From Thermoanaerobaculum sp. (GTDB lineage: Bacteria > Acidobacteriota > Thermoanaerobaculia > Multivoradales > UBA5704), in the NCBI GenBank assembly GCA_021154885.1, contig JAJKHS010000091.1, positions 9,089-73,088 of the forward strand: DNA of 64,000 nucleotides, written 5' to 3'. Made by a program: the position numbers and the translations under genes. Under the pieces are notes generated by a model. The model did no database searches. It worked only from the letters and a program-made list of their open reading frames with translations, and was not told the origin of the DNA. Position 1 is the stretch's first letter. Each line of letters starts with the position of its first letter. This document shows, piece after piece, positions 35,905 through 45,409 of the stretch.

Positions 35905-35975
35905 CTCCCTCTTCTCCCGGCGGTCGGGGGGGAGGCTGGGAGAAGAGGGCCGGGGTGATGAGGGCTTCGGAGGGC
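35905..35975. repeat. Family-2 repeat, partial copy 3
   Basis: CCCTCTTCTCCCGGCGGTCGGGGGGGAGGCTGGGAGAAGAGGGCCGGGGTGATGAGGGCTTCGG. Confidence 0.55.
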
Positions 35976-36066
35976 CGGCGTCCTTGATCCTGGCAAGGGC
36001 CTCTGGATCAGCCGTCACCCCAGCTCGCGCACGAGCACTCCCGCCCTGACGTGGTACCTTTCCGCC

Positions 36067-36660
36067 ATGCTCCCCGATCTCCCCCGCTGCGCCTGGGTGC
36101 GGCTCGACGATCCTCTCTACGTCGCCTATCACGACGAGGAATGGGGCGTGCCGGTGCACGACGACCGGCGGCTGTTCGAGATGCTGATCCTGGAGGGGGC
36201 GCAGGCGGGGCTGTCCTGGATCACGATCCTGCGGCGGCGGGAGGGCTACCGCAAGGCGTTCGACGGATTCGAGCCGGCGAAGATCGCCCGCTATCAGGGA
36301 GCGAAGATCGGCAAGCTGATGGCGGACACCGGGATCATCCGCAACCAGGCCAAGATCGAGGCCACGATCAAGAACGCACGGGCCTTCCTCGACGTGGTCG
36401 AGAAGACGGGGTCCTTCGACCGCTTCCTCTGGCAGTTCGTGAGCGGCGCGCCCAGGATCAATCACTGGCAGACCGGCCAGCAGATCCCCGTCGACACGGC
36501 CGAGTCCAAGGCGATGAGCAAGGAGCTCAAGCGGCGGGGGTTCGGCTTTGTGGGATCGACCATCTGCTACGCCTTCATGCAGGCGGTCGGCATGGTGGAC
36601 GACCACCTCGTGACCTGCTTCCGCCGTCAGGATAGAGCTACTTCCGCCAGGCCACGGTGA
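36067..36660 (+). CDS. tag: DNA-3-methyladenine glycosylase I
   Basis: YHDEEWGVPVHDDRRLFEMLILEGAQAGLSWITIL ... Tag family signature. Confidence 0.85.
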   Translation: MLPDLPRCAWVRLDDPLYVAYHDEEWGVPVHDDRRLFEMLILEGAQAGLSWITILRRREGYRKAFDGFEPAKIARYQGAKIGKLMADTGIIRNQAKIEATIKNARAFLDVVEKTGSFDRFLWQFVSGAPRINHWQTGQQIPVDTAESKAMSKELKRRGFGFVGSTICYAFMQAVGMVDDHLVTCFRRQDRATSARPR

Positions 36661-38005
36661 GGACGGTCCTGCCGTCCTTCTGAGCGCCCCGGACGAGGAC
36701 GACCCGGCCGCCGCCGGGCAGCTCGTGCGCCGTGAGGACGCGCTCGCGCGTGGGGCCGGGGGCCTCGGCCGGCCGCCCCTCGCCGGCATCCCGCGCGTCG
36801 GGCTTGGGCGCGCCGGGGACCGAGGCCACCCAGGCCGGCCGGCCAGCCAGCGGGCGCGAGCCCTTCGGGTCCCCTGCATAGAGCAGGAGGCGGTCGCCGG
36901 CGAGGACGAGGAGGTCCGGAATCCCGTCCCCCGTCAGGTCCGGTCCATAGAGCCAGTCCGTGGCCTGGTCCCCCAGCTTCCAGTGCCTGGGTCTGGAATC
37001 GAAATGGCCGCCGCCGGTCCCGTGATAGGCGGTGACCAGCAGCTCCTTGCCCTGCAGCCCGCCGGGATGCACGATCACGAGGTCCTGATGACCGTCGCCG
37101 TCGGCATCGGCGGACGCGGCGTCCAAGGGGAACCAGAGCGGGCAGTCGGTCTCGACAGCCAGGGTGGGAGCGCTCCCCTTGCGCGAGCGGTCGCGGCCGA
37201 GCACGTAGAGGCGGAAACGCTTCTTGGCGAAGACGCCGATCTTGTCGAAGCTCGTGGCCGCCAGCACCGGGACGCCGTCGATCCGCAGGTAGCGCCGGTC
37301 GTACATCAGCCGCTCCTCGCCCGGCAGCAGCGACCAGGCCTCCTGCTGGGCCGTGCCGTCGAGAGGGATCAGGAGCGTCTCGATCCGCCGCCGGCCGGCC
37401 ACCTGCGGACCCGCGGCGAAAAGGGGCGGATCGCCGGGCAGCAGGGTCACCGGCGGGCTGCTGAGGCGCAGGCCCCAGCGCTGCCGCTCGGCCTTCACCG
37501 GCAGCGGGTAGACGCCGTGATGCTGAAGAGCGCCGCCGGAGCCGCCGGGACCACGCTCGAACAGCTCCAGCAGGCCGGTGTGGGCGGCGGGGAGCCACGG
37601 CCGGCCCGCCGTGACTCCGGCCACGGAGCGCAGGTCCACGTTCGACTCGTTCAGCACCTTGCGCGATCCTCCCCCGCCGGCCGGAGCGAAGACCACGCCC
37701 GGCATACCGGCGAGGGGACTCGCCACGCCGTTGCCCGCGAGGTCGAAGGCGGCCACGACGTTGGTCTCCTCGTGCAGGTTGTCGATCCAGCGCTGGAGCG
37801 ATCGGCGCTCCGGATCGAAGAAGAGCAGGCTCTTGGCGCCCTTGCCGTCCCGTCCCGCGGCCAGCAGCAGGGCCACCCCGGGGCGGCCGCTCGGGCCGGT
37901 GACGCCGGCGGCGGAGACCAGGGTACCCGGGAGGGAGAGGGTGAAGGTCTGGGCGGAGGCGGGGAGGGGGAGGAGCGCAGAAAGGAAGAGCAGCACGCTG
38001 CCCAC
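36638..38005 (-). CDS. Secreted FG-GAP/VCBS-repeat protein, paralog 1
   Basis: GTG start giving signal peptide MGSVLLFLSALLPLPASAQ; DADGDGHQDLVIV and LTGDGIPDLLVL calcium-binding-like FG-GAP repeats. The ORF-track reading through to 39607 crosses repeat copy 4 and is rejected. Confidence 0.6.
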   Translation of the reverse strand: MGSVLLFLSALLPLPASAQTFTLSLPGTLVSAAGVTGPSGRPGVALLLAAGRDGKGAKSLLFFDPERRSLQRWIDNLHEETNVVAAFDLAGNGVASPLAGMPGVVFAPAGGGGSRKVLNESNVDLRSVAGVTAGRPWLPAAHTGLLELFERGPGGSGGALQHHGVYPLPVKAERQRWGLRLSSPPVTLLPGDPPLFAAGPQVAGRRRIETLLIPLDGTAQQEAWSLLPGEERLMYDRRYLRIDGVPVLAATSFDKIGVFAKKRFRLYVLGRDRSRKGSAPTLAVETDCPLWFPLDAASADADGDGHQDLVIVHPGGLQGKELLVTAYHGTGGGHFDSRPRHWKLGDQATDWLYGPDLTGDGIPDLLVLAGDRLLLYAGDPKGSRPLAGRPAWVASVPGAPKPDARDAGEGRPAEAPGPTRERVLTAHELPGGGRVVLVRGAQKDGRTVLTVAWRK

Positions 38006-38017
38006 GCGTCGCCCCCA

Positions 38018-38188
38018 CCCCGAAGCCCTCACCCCCTGCCCCCTCTCCCGCCCCCTCCCAACCCCCCTCACCGGGAGAGGGGGTCCCGGCTGAGGCGTTC
38101 CTGCCTTTCTCCCTCTTCTCCCGGGGAGGGGGGTGTGAGGGGGCGGGAGAAGAGGGCCGGGGTGATGAGGGTCTCTCACTTCGCCCCC
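38018..38188. repeat. Family-2 palindromic repeat element, copy 4
   Basis: CCCGAAGCCCTCACCCCCTGCCCCCTCTCCCGCCCCCTCCCAACCCCCCTCACCGGGAGAGGGGG ... CCCTCTTCTCCCGGGGAGGGGGGTGTGAGGGGGCGGGAGAAGAGGGCCGGGGTGATGAGGGTCT. Confidence 0.7.
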
Positions 38189-39840
38189 CCGCTCAAATAG
38201 AGGTCCAGCCGCACCGGCGGCGCGAACCCCTCCTCGGCCGCGCGCTTGGGCTGGATGACCATGAGGTCCGAGCGGCCGTCGCCGTCCAGGTCGCGGATCT
38301 GCACCAGCGACAGGTCGCGGGGCTCCTCTTTGAGGTCGAAGGCCATGTCCGGCGCGGCCGGGAAGGAGCAGTCGGCCCGGCCGCGGTGGATCGTCACCCG
38401 TTTGCCGCGGCCGAGCTGGACGAAGTCGGCCTTGCCGTCGCCGTCGAAGTCGCCGGAGAAAAGGGAGAGCTGGCTGATCCGCAGGTCGTTGAGGTCGACC
38501 CGGAAGGAGCCCGAGAGGTCGAGCCCCTTGACCGGTCGGAAGGCGCCGTCCTTCTGCTGACACCAGACGTGGAAGTCGAGCCCCACGGTCAGCCGCTTGG
38601 TGGCGAGGCTCCCCAGGACCTTCGCGACTCCCACGTCCATGGTGATGGTGACGAGGTCCGGCCGGCCGTCGCCGTTGACGTCCTTGAAGCCGCCCGGCAA
38701 TTCGATCTCGCTCTCCTGGGACTCGAAGCCGTGGCCGGTGACGTCGAAGGTGCGGTACGGGGCCTTCTCCAGCGCGAGGTCGCGGGAGAGGCGGTGGAAG
38801 GTGAGCCGGCTGTGAGGATCCCGGACCTTCTCGATCTCCTGGCGAATGGAGCCGCGCCTGGAATCGTCCAAGCTCTGGCGGAACACCACCTCGGCGAGGC
38901 CGTTCCCCTCCAGATCGCCCACCCAGACGGGGTTGGGCCCCTTGGGATCGCCCGTGCCCAGGACCACCTCGACGGCCGGCAGGAACTTCCCCTCCCCCGC
39001 GTTGCGGGCCACCCAGACGGAGCGCCAGCGCTTCACCGGATCGCGGAAGACGAGGTCCGGCCGGCCGTCGCCGTCGACGTCCTCGATCTTCGGCAGCGGA
39101 TAGCGGTGCTCCAGGTCCGCGGCCGAGCGCCAGGCCTCGCCCGGCACCGGCACGCGGGAGGCGGCCCGCCGGGCCAGGGCGCGGTCCTTGCGGCGGCCGA
39201 GGTAGACGGCGAGACCGTCGCGCGCCGGCAGCAGCAGGTCGGGGATGCCGTCGCCGTCGACGTCCTCGATCAGCTTGAGGTCGCCCAGGAAGTTGCCGGT
39301 GTGCGCCATCACCGGCGGATCGGCGATCCAGGGCTCGAGGCGCAGGGCGCCCCCTTCGTCCAGACGCAGGGCGCTCACCCCCTCGTCGGTCAAGGCGACG
39401 ACGGGCGTCCCCGGCGGCCCGGCCTCCATCCCCAGCACCGAGAGAGGGAGGGGGAGGACGCGGGCCGGCTCGTAGGAGCCGTCCGGCCGGGCGCGGTAGA
39501 GCCGCACCTCGCGGCGGTCGATCACCGCCGGCACGATCGTCATCACCTCCACCAGGCCCTTGACGTCGTCCATGGTGCTGCTCTCGGTGACGGCCACCTC
39601 GTCCCACTGGTTGTAGGCCACCACCACCACGAGGTCGCGATGACCGTCGCCGTCGACGTCGGCGGAGATCACCGCGGCCGGCGCTCCGGGAAGGTCCAGG
39701 CTCAGGGTCCGCAGGGTCGAAAGCGAGGGCCGGCCGGCGCCGAGGGGCACCGGCACGGCGCTGAGGAGGAGGGCCGCCAGCAGGAGGACCGGAAGGGAGG
39801 GGCGGCGGCCTCGGCTCCCGGGGGTATCGTTCAGCTCCAC
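38176..39840 (-). CDS. Secreted FG-GAP/VCBS-repeat protein, paralog 2
   Basis: Signal peptide PSLPVLLLAALLLSAVPVPLGAG; DVDGDGHRDLVVVV, DVDGDGIPDLLLP, DVDGDGRPDLVF repeats. Confidence 0.7.
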   Translation of the reverse strand: MELNDTPGSRGRRPSLPVLLLAALLLSAVPVPLGAGRPSLSTLRTLSLDLPGAPAAVISADVDGDGHRDLVVVVAYNQWDEVAVTESSTMDDVKGLVEVMTIVPAVIDRREVRLYRARPDGSYEPARVLPLPLSVLGMEAGPPGTPVVALTDEGVSALRLDEGGALRLEPWIADPPVMAHTGNFLGDLKLIEDVDGDGIPDLLLPARDGLAVYLGRRKDRALARRAASRVPVPGEAWRSAADLEHRYPLPKIEDVDGDGRPDLVFRDPVKRWRSVWVARNAGEGKFLPAVEVVLGTGDPKGPNPVWVGDLEGNGLAEVVFRQSLDDSRRGSIRQEIEKVRDPHSRLTFHRLSRDLALEKAPYRTFDVTGHGFESQESEIELPGGFKDVNGDGRPDLVTITMDVGVAKVLGSLATKRLTVGLDFHVWCQQKDGAFRPVKGLDLSGSFRVDLNDLRISQLSLFSGDFDGDGKADFVQLGRGKRVTIHRGRADCSFPAAPDMAFDLKEEPRDLSLVQIRDLDGDGRSDLMVIQPKRAAEEGFAPPVRLDLYLSGGAK

Positions 39841-40193
39841 GTCCTAAGAGTAACCGGAGGCGGAGCCCTTCGTTGCTTCAGCGGGGTCACATCCCCGCGG
39901 CTGATAGGGTGGCCGCAGCCACCAGCAGGAGAACCGAAGCGAGGGACAGCGCCAGCATCTTCACGAACTCTTTGGTCATGGCCTTACCCCTTTCGATGGT
40001 GATCTCGCCACTCCTGTCAGGCTCTGCAATCCCTTCCCTCGTTACAACGTCGCTTGGGATTCGATCCCCTCACCCGGTTTCTGACAAATCTAGACGCCAA
40101 ATGGGGGGCCAAGGTTTAGGTCCCCAATGTAGAGACGCCCCACGGGGAACCCCGTGGGGCGTCTCAGGTGCGGCTCCGGCCCGCCTGCTCTCC

Positions 40194-42614
40194 TCAGTGA
40201 TGCGAATAGGGCGACCGCAGAGGTGCGACCTCCACGACCGTCATCATGCCGCGGTCCTCGTGCGCGAGGATGTGGCAGTGGATGACGAAGTAGCCCGCAT
40301 AGTCGACGAAGCGGCTGCGCATCTTGAAATAGCCGGGGATGATGACCTGCTGCTGGGTTACGGGGTCCACGATCTTCGTGCCGTCCGCCAGGGTCGCGCC
40401 CAGCCCCGAGGGGATCGGGAACACGTCCCACCAGATCTCGTCCTTCGACGACGGGCCGCCGCCGTCGCACGGCTTCCAATCGTCAGGATTGCCGTGCGGG
40501 TCCAGATAGCACTGTCCGGGCTGGATCCCCGTCTTGTCGGTGACGTATTTCGGCAGGCCGTTGGGCAGCTTCACGTTCGGGCTGAACACCTCCACCACCT
40601 GGAACGGATTGATGTGAATGTGGAAGGGGTGGGAGATGCCGAGCGTCGCGTTCGTCACCTTCCACTGCTCGACCTTGTTCAGCAGGACGACGGCGCCGAC
40701 CTCGCCGTCGAACTTCTTGCCGTCGATGGTGTGAATGGCCGGCTGGGTCGGCGGCTTGGTCTGTTTCGCGGTCGCGAACGCGATCGTCTTGGTGCCGGTC
40801 ACCTCGCCGTCCTTGACGTCGCGCAGGAAGTCCGGGAAGCTCGGGGCCGCGGCGATGAGCTGCATGGCGGGCTTGTAGGGGGTGCCCGACACCTTGACCG
40901 TCAACAGGTTGATCTTGAACGGCGGGCCCTGGGAAGGGGGGACGGGAGGGGTGACGTCGCTCGGATCGACCTCGTTGTAGACCTGCACGGAGTACGTGCA
41001 CCCCTGCTTGTCGGTGCACGCCGCGTCCGGCGCCTTGACCAGGAGGTCGGCCCGATTGCCGGCCGCCAGCAGGAAGGAACGGTCCTCGCTCTTCTGATAG
41101 TTGACGTCCTTGAACTGCACGCCGTCCTGCGCCAGTTGCCGCCAGTGCAGGCCCGCGGGCGGCGCGAGGAAGTGCGTGCCGGCGCGGCCCGAGGTATTGA
41201 CGATGCGCCACATCTGCACCTCGCCCGGCCGCATGTGGATCACCGGGTTCATCCGGCCGTTGACGGAGAAATCGGGTCCCTTGTCCTGTCCGCCCCCCGG
41301 TGCCTTCAGGTTGGGGGAAACGCCGAACTGGTTGATCACCAGCACCGGCTGTCGGCGCGTCCAGTCAGGACCATACGCCTTGTATTTCTCGTTGAGCTCG
41401 TCGTCGTACTGGCCTTCGATGATGAAGGCTCCCGACATGCCGTTTTCGACGTCGATCGCCGTCGAGCCGTGCTTGTGCGCGTGATACCAGTGGGTGCCTG
41501 GCGACTGGCCCATCTGGAGGTCGTGGGTCGGCTGGTCTTCGTTGAGCTGTACGCTCGCCGCTGCGCCGTCCAGCTCCGCCGAGCCCTCACCGTCCATCTG
41601 CATCGCCGGCATCGCCGCGTGGCCGGCGGCTGGCGCCGGTGTCCCGGGGTACTCCGGCAGCTTGAAGCAGTAGGGATAGGAACCGAGGTAGTACTGCGGC
41701 CAGGCGCCCTCGTCCAGTTGCGCCTGATCCACCGGCCACAGCTTCCTGCCGTTGCCCGGTTGCTCGTCGAGCGTCTTCAGGAGCCGCCTCTGCTCATCCG
41801 TCCAGTCTTTGGGCAGGTCGGCCCATTTTCGCGGCCACTCCCGGTGACTCCCCTTCGCCAGCTCCGACTCGCAGCGATCGAAAAACTGGTCGAACACCGG
41901 GCGCACGCTCTCCGGGGTGACGGGAGCCCCGCCGGCCAGCCGCCGCGCCGACAGGATCTCGAGGAAGACGTTGTCGCCGGTCGTATTCGGATTCGTGTGC
42001 GTGCCGTGAAAATGCAGGTTGGCGGTGGTCGAGCCGTGGAAGCAGTTCGGGAACTTGTCCCCCTTCGGGTCCGTTCCCGGGTAGGGCGCGGAGGTCTCGT
42101 CGCAGGCTCCGGTGTCCCCGCGGTCGATCGAATTGCCGAAATTCCCCGGGTCGACGTTGTTGAGGAAGGCGAGCTCGATGACGTCGCCGACCCGGGCCCG
42201 CAGCGTCGGCCCGGGCAGCGGATCCGCAAAACCACCGGCCTGCGGCGGATAGGGGGGATACGGGGGGACCGCGTCGGGGCTGCGGAAAGCCCGCACGTAT
42301 TGGTTGAAGCACGCCGAGAAGGCGCTCGGGTCGCCGGGCTGCGTCGCCTTGCCGTTGGTCTTGGGCGGATTCCGGAAGGCCAGGCGGTCCAGCTCGCTCG
42401 TCACCGTGAAGGTGGCGCGCAACCTGCCGTCCTTGGAGATGAGCTCGGGTACCTTCACCAGGTCCTGCTGCGTGGGCAGGCACCGGACCTGGGACGTCGA
42501 GCCGGCGTCCGACGATTGGGCGCCCGCCGGCAGTGCCTGCAGCAGGACCACCGCCACCGCGACGACCGCCAGTGAATGGTTCTTGCGATCGTGAAGCTTG
42601 GCCTCGAAGGTCAT
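40194..42614 (-). CDS. Multicopper oxidase (three-domain laccase-like, extended)
   Basis: GGAGG SD then MTFEAKLHDRKNHSLAVVAVAVVLLQALPAGAQ signal; copper-binding motifs THWYHAHKHG, HFHGTH, HPFHIHINPFQ, HCHILAHEDRGMM. Confidence 0.8.
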   Translation of the reverse strand: MTFEAKLHDRKNHSLAVVAVAVVLLQALPAGAQSSDAGSTSQVRCLPTQQDLVKVPELISKDGRLRATFTVTSELDRLAFRNPPKTNGKATQPGDPSAFSACFNQYVRAFRSPDAVPPYPPYPPQAGGFADPLPGPTLRARVGDVIELAFLNNVDPGNFGNSIDRGDTGACDETSAPYPGTDPKGDKFPNCFHGSTTANLHFHGTHTNPNTTGDNVFLEILSARRLAGGAPVTPESVRPVFDQFFDRCESELAKGSHREWPRKWADLPKDWTDEQRRLLKTLDEQPGNGRKLWPVDQAQLDEGAWPQYYLGSYPYCFKLPEYPGTPAPAAGHAAMPAMQMDGEGSAELDGAAASVQLNEDQPTHDLQMGQSPGTHWYHAHKHGSTAIDVENGMSGAFIIEGQYDDELNEKYKAYGPDWTRRQPVLVINQFGVSPNLKAPGGGQDKGPDFSVNGRMNPVIHMRPGEVQMWRIVNTSGRAGTHFLAPPAGLHWRQLAQDGVQFKDVNYQKSEDRSFLLAAGNRADLLVKAPDAACTDKQGCTYSVQVYNEVDPSDVTPPVPPSQGPPFKINLLTVKVSGTPYKPAMQLIAAAPSFPDFLRDVKDGEVTGTKTIAFATAKQTKPPTQPAIHTIDGKKFDGEVGAVVLLNKVEQWKVTNATLGISHPFHIHINPFQVVEVFSPNVKLPNGLPKYVTDKTGIQPGQCYLDPHGNPDDWKPCDGGGPSSKDEIWWDVFPIPSGLGATLADGTKIVDPVTQQQVIIPGYFKMRSRFVDYAGYFVIHCHILAHEDRGMMTVVEVAPLRSPYSHH

Positions 42615-42615
42615 C

Positions 42616-43014
42616 TCATTCCTCCCCTTCCGGCGGCAGGTTCTGCACGGCGAAGACGACGATCGTGCCGTACTCCTCCGGGTGCAGCTTGCAGCCATAG
42701 GAGATCGTCGCCGGGGCCGCCGCCGTGACGTAGTAGTCCGGCCGCGACGACTGCCCGGGCAGGATCGGGTCCGTCGCAAAGCTCTTGTCGGTCAGCTCCG
42801 GCTGATGGGTCTCGTCCGTGGTGTTGTTCCAAGTGATCAAAGAATACTGAGGTACTTGCTGGCAGTCCGGTACGAACGCCGCCCCTTCTCCAGCCACAGA
42901 TGCTTCCTCGCCCAGTGCCAGGTCGCCGGTCTCGTAGTCCTCGACCTCATCGTCCGGTATGAACGCCGCACCTCCTCCAGCCGCCGCAACGATCTTGATC
43001 GAAAAGTCGGGCAT
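42616..43014 (-). CDS. Cupredoxin-like small protein (putative), translationally coupled to multicopper oxidase
   Basis: GGAGGAGGATCATC SD before ATG 43014; His at DETHQ and C-terminal ISYGCKLHPEEYGTIVVF resembles type-1 copper YxCxxHP...G.IVV motif; no signal peptide; stop overlaps MCO start. Confidence 0.4.
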   Translation of the reverse strand: MPDFSIKIVAAAGGGAAFIPDDEVEDYETGDLALGEEASVAGEGAAFVPDCQQVPQYSLITWNNTTDETHQPELTDKSFATDPILPGQSSRPDYYVTAAAPATISYGCKLHPEEYGTIVVFAVQNLPPEGEE

Positions 43015-43206
43015 GATGATCCTCCTCCCAAGGGCTTTTGCCGTGGTGACGATCGTGACAGTGAGCTCGCAGCTCACGCCAGGACCCGCACATCGAAGAG
43101 ATTTCGCAGGGCAGTATCCCGCAACGGTGACCGCGGTGCAAGCGCGGGCCGGGCTCCTCGCGGGGAGCCCGGAGCGGAGGGAGGTTCCAGCGGGGGAGAT
43201 CGGGCG

Positions 43207-43452
43207 TCACGCCCGGCGGATGAGCCTCAGGATGAAGATGAGCACCACCGCTCCTATGAAGGCGACGAAGATGGTGCCCGCCAGGCCGCCGAACGGCGTG
43301 TGCCAGTGCATCTGGCGAAAGATCCAGCCGCCGATGAAGGCGCCGACGATGCCGATGATGATGTCGCCGATGATCCCATAGCCGCCCCCGGCGACGAGCG
43401 ACGCCAGGACTCCGGCCACCAGTCCGACGATGATCCAGGTCAGGATGTCCAT
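43207..43452 (-). CDS. GlsB/YeaQ/YmgE family stress membrane protein
   Basis: 81 aa, Gly-rich TM helices IIVGLVAGVLASLVAGGGYGIIGDIIIGIVGAFIGGWIF typical of transglycosylase-associated protein family. Confidence 0.75.
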   Translation of the reverse strand: MDILTWIIVGLVAGVLASLVAGGGYGIIGDIIIGIVGAFIGGWIFRQMHWHTPFGGLAGTIFVAFIGAVVLIFILRLIRRA

Positions 43453-43557
43453 AACCGCGATTCTCCCGTGACGAAAGGCCGGGGGTTCCGGCCGGGTTCG
43501 GTGCCGACACTACGACGGCCGGAACCGAAGCACGTCGTATGCCACCGGCTCACAGGA

Positions 43558-43863
43558 TTACTGCTTGCCCTGGTCCTGCATCTCGTTGAGCTCCCGGCGT
43601 TCCTGGTCGAGCTTGTTGACGGCCTCGGCCTTCTCCTCGTCGGTGCCCTGCATGTTGCGGATCTCCTCCGCCTTGCGGTCGATCTCCGCGGCCTTGTCCT
43701 GCATCTTGCGGGTGCGCTCCGCCTCGTCGCCCGCGGGGTTGGAGCCGGCCTCCGCGGCGGGCGGCTTGCCATCCGCCTTGCAGCCCCACGACAACGGCAG
43801 CGACAGCGCGAGGAGCGTCAGGATCAGCCACGACAGCGGACGGCGCACACGGCTCCCTTGCAT
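43558..43863 (-). CDS. Lipoprotein with coiled-coil region
   Basis: Signal plus lipobox LALSLPLSWGC; K/E-rich coiled coil. Confidence 0.5.
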   Translation of the reverse strand: MQGSRVRRPLSWLILTLLALSLPLSWGCKADGKPPAAEAGSNPAGDEAERTRKMQDKAAEIDRKAEEIRNMQGTDEEKAEAVNKLDQERRELNEMQDQGKQ

Positions 43864-43949
43864 GGGAAATCTCCTTCTCTGCAAAGCTTCGTTGCCCGCA
43901 GCTTAGCACGCCGGGCATTGCAGATAGGGTCCCGAAGAGCCGGAGGCGC

Positions 43950-44435
43950 TCAATCCCCGGGCAGGACCGTGATGATCCCCATCATCGGCGTGCCGTGGTT
44001 GCCGTCGGAATCCTCGATGCCCCCCTTGGACCCGGGCGCCGCCGGCTGATTGTCCGCATCCAGATGAGCGTGGAAATGGCAGTAGTAGACGAAGGTGCCG
44101 GGATGGCCGAAGTGGAGGACCAGCGTCCCGGGCTTGCCGCCGTTGTTGTCGGTTCCCTTCAAAACGACATTGATCCCCCGGTTGCCGGCGGTGTTGAAGG
44201 CGTCGTCGCTGACCACCGTATGGTCGTCGGTGTCCATGTTGATCCAGCGCACGGAATCGCCGGCGCGGATGTTCTGCGCGAAGGGCGTGAAGCGATCCTC
44301 CTCGGGCACGATGACCTGGTTGTGGGCGACGTGTGCCGGCTGCGCGCTGGGGTTGGGGGCGGCGGCGACCAGGAACATGAGAAGAGCGAGGGACGAGATC
44401 AGGATGGTCGTCGGCTGGTGGAGCTTCGGCTTCAT
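43950..44435 (-). CDS. Cupredoxin (plastocyanin/azurin-like blue copper protein)
   Basis: AAGGAG SD; signal peptide MKPKLHQPTTILISSLALLMFLVAAAPNPSA; copper ligands H...FVYYCHFHAHL. Confidence 0.65.
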   Translation of the reverse strand: MKPKLHQPTTILISSLALLMFLVAAAPNPSAQPAHVAHNQVIVPEEDRFTPFAQNIRAGDSVRWINMDTDDHTVVSDDAFNTAGNRGINVVLKGTDNNGGKPGTLVLHFGHPGTFVYYCHFHAHLDADNQPAAPGSKGGIEDSDGNHGTPMMGIITVLPGD

Positions 44436-44662
44436 GAGCAGACTCCTTTCGTCAGGTGCCTCATTCATTCGCCCTCCCAATCCAAAGGACTCATCAGTTC
44501 CCGCCTCTCCGGGCGGATCAGCGTCGTAAAGCGTGCAAGAAAAATGCCTTGAGGGTGTTTCAAAAGTCCTTCCGAAGCCGCCTCCCCGCCCGGGCATGAA
44601 TGCCAGGGCTAAGAACGGTGCCGGATGAATCCGGCTTGAAGCCTCCTTCAGGAGGCGCTGTT

Positions 44663-44850
44663 CCTAGGAGGGTGCGCGGCAGAAACTCGAAGACAGGGAC
44701 AGCAGGGACACCAGAGACAGCAGGGACGAAAAATCTCGGGTCTTGACTAAGTTTTCACGTCCCTGTTGTCCCTGAAGTCCCTACTGTCCCTGCTGTCCTG
44801 CACCAACGCTGCCTACGAGCTTCTCTGCCGCGCAGGCTCCTAGGAGGGTG
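44663..44850. repeat. Family-1 palindromic MITE/REP-like element, copy C
   Basis: TIRs CCTAGGAGGGTGCGCGGCAGAAA / TTCTCTGCCGCGCAGGCTCCTAGG; arms of 9-bp units ACAGGGACA / GTCCCTGNN. Confidence 0.7.
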
Positions 44851-44960
44851 ACGTCGCTCGCACCGAAGACACCCTCTGAGCCATCTGCAAATCAGGTAAA
44901 GTACCTTCCGGGGAGAGCCGGTCCAGAGTCCGCAACCACAAAACACGACGGAGGTAGCCG

Positions 44961-45146
44961 ATGAAAAGATTGATCTGCCTTGCCAGCGTCCTTCTAGCAG
45001 CCTTCCTGGCGCTCCCGGCGCCCACCCCCGCCATGCCGGTCGGGGGTTGCACGTACAGGGAGTGCATCTTGGGATGCACCGATTGTCCCTGGGGCCATAC
45101 GTCCTACTGCATCAGCACCGCCGATTGCTTCTGCGGCTGCCGCTGA
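44961..45146 (+). CDS. Small secreted Cys-rich peptide (61 aa; 8 Cys in mature 35 aa)
   Basis: GGAGG SD; Sec signal MKRLICLASVLLAAFLALPAPTPA then MPVGGCTYRECILGCTDCPWGHTSYCISTADCFCGCR. Confidence 0.55.
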   Translation: MKRLICLASVLLAAFLALPAPTPAMPVGGCTYRECILGCTDCPWGHTSYCISTADCFCGCR

Positions 45147-45409
45147 GCCGCTGATCCCCCCGGACCGGCCTCCCCAAGTCCGGGCTGCGATGGCGTGGTC
45201 TTTCCGATCGAGATATACAGAAAAGCCTTTGTAGCCCTGGAGAGCTCCGGCTCCCCAACTCGTAATTCTTTCCCGCCGGCCGAGCTCTTCCAAAGCGCCT
45301 GACAGAGTCTTCCCCCGTTGAAGGATGCATCTCCTTCGATGGTTTATTCCTTGCATCAGAAATTCGTGCTTTAAAGTGAAACAACCAGGGGCGCGCGGGT
45401 CAGCTCGGC

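Noticed and set aside
36638-39607. Single 989-aa minus-strand ORF
   Set aside because: It reads through family-2 repeat copy 4 and joins two separate FG-GAP genes, each with its own signal peptide; split into 36638..38005 and 38176..39840.
39873-42575. 900-aa plus-strand ORF
   Set aside because: Antisense to the multicopper oxidase, which has all four copper-binding motif sets.
44664-44850. 12-bp direct repeat CCTAGGAGGGTG at both ends of family-1 copy C, as a possible target-site duplication
   Set aside because: The match arises because the TIR contains the perfect palindrome CTCCTAGGAG, so both ends read alike; this is not evidence of a TSD.
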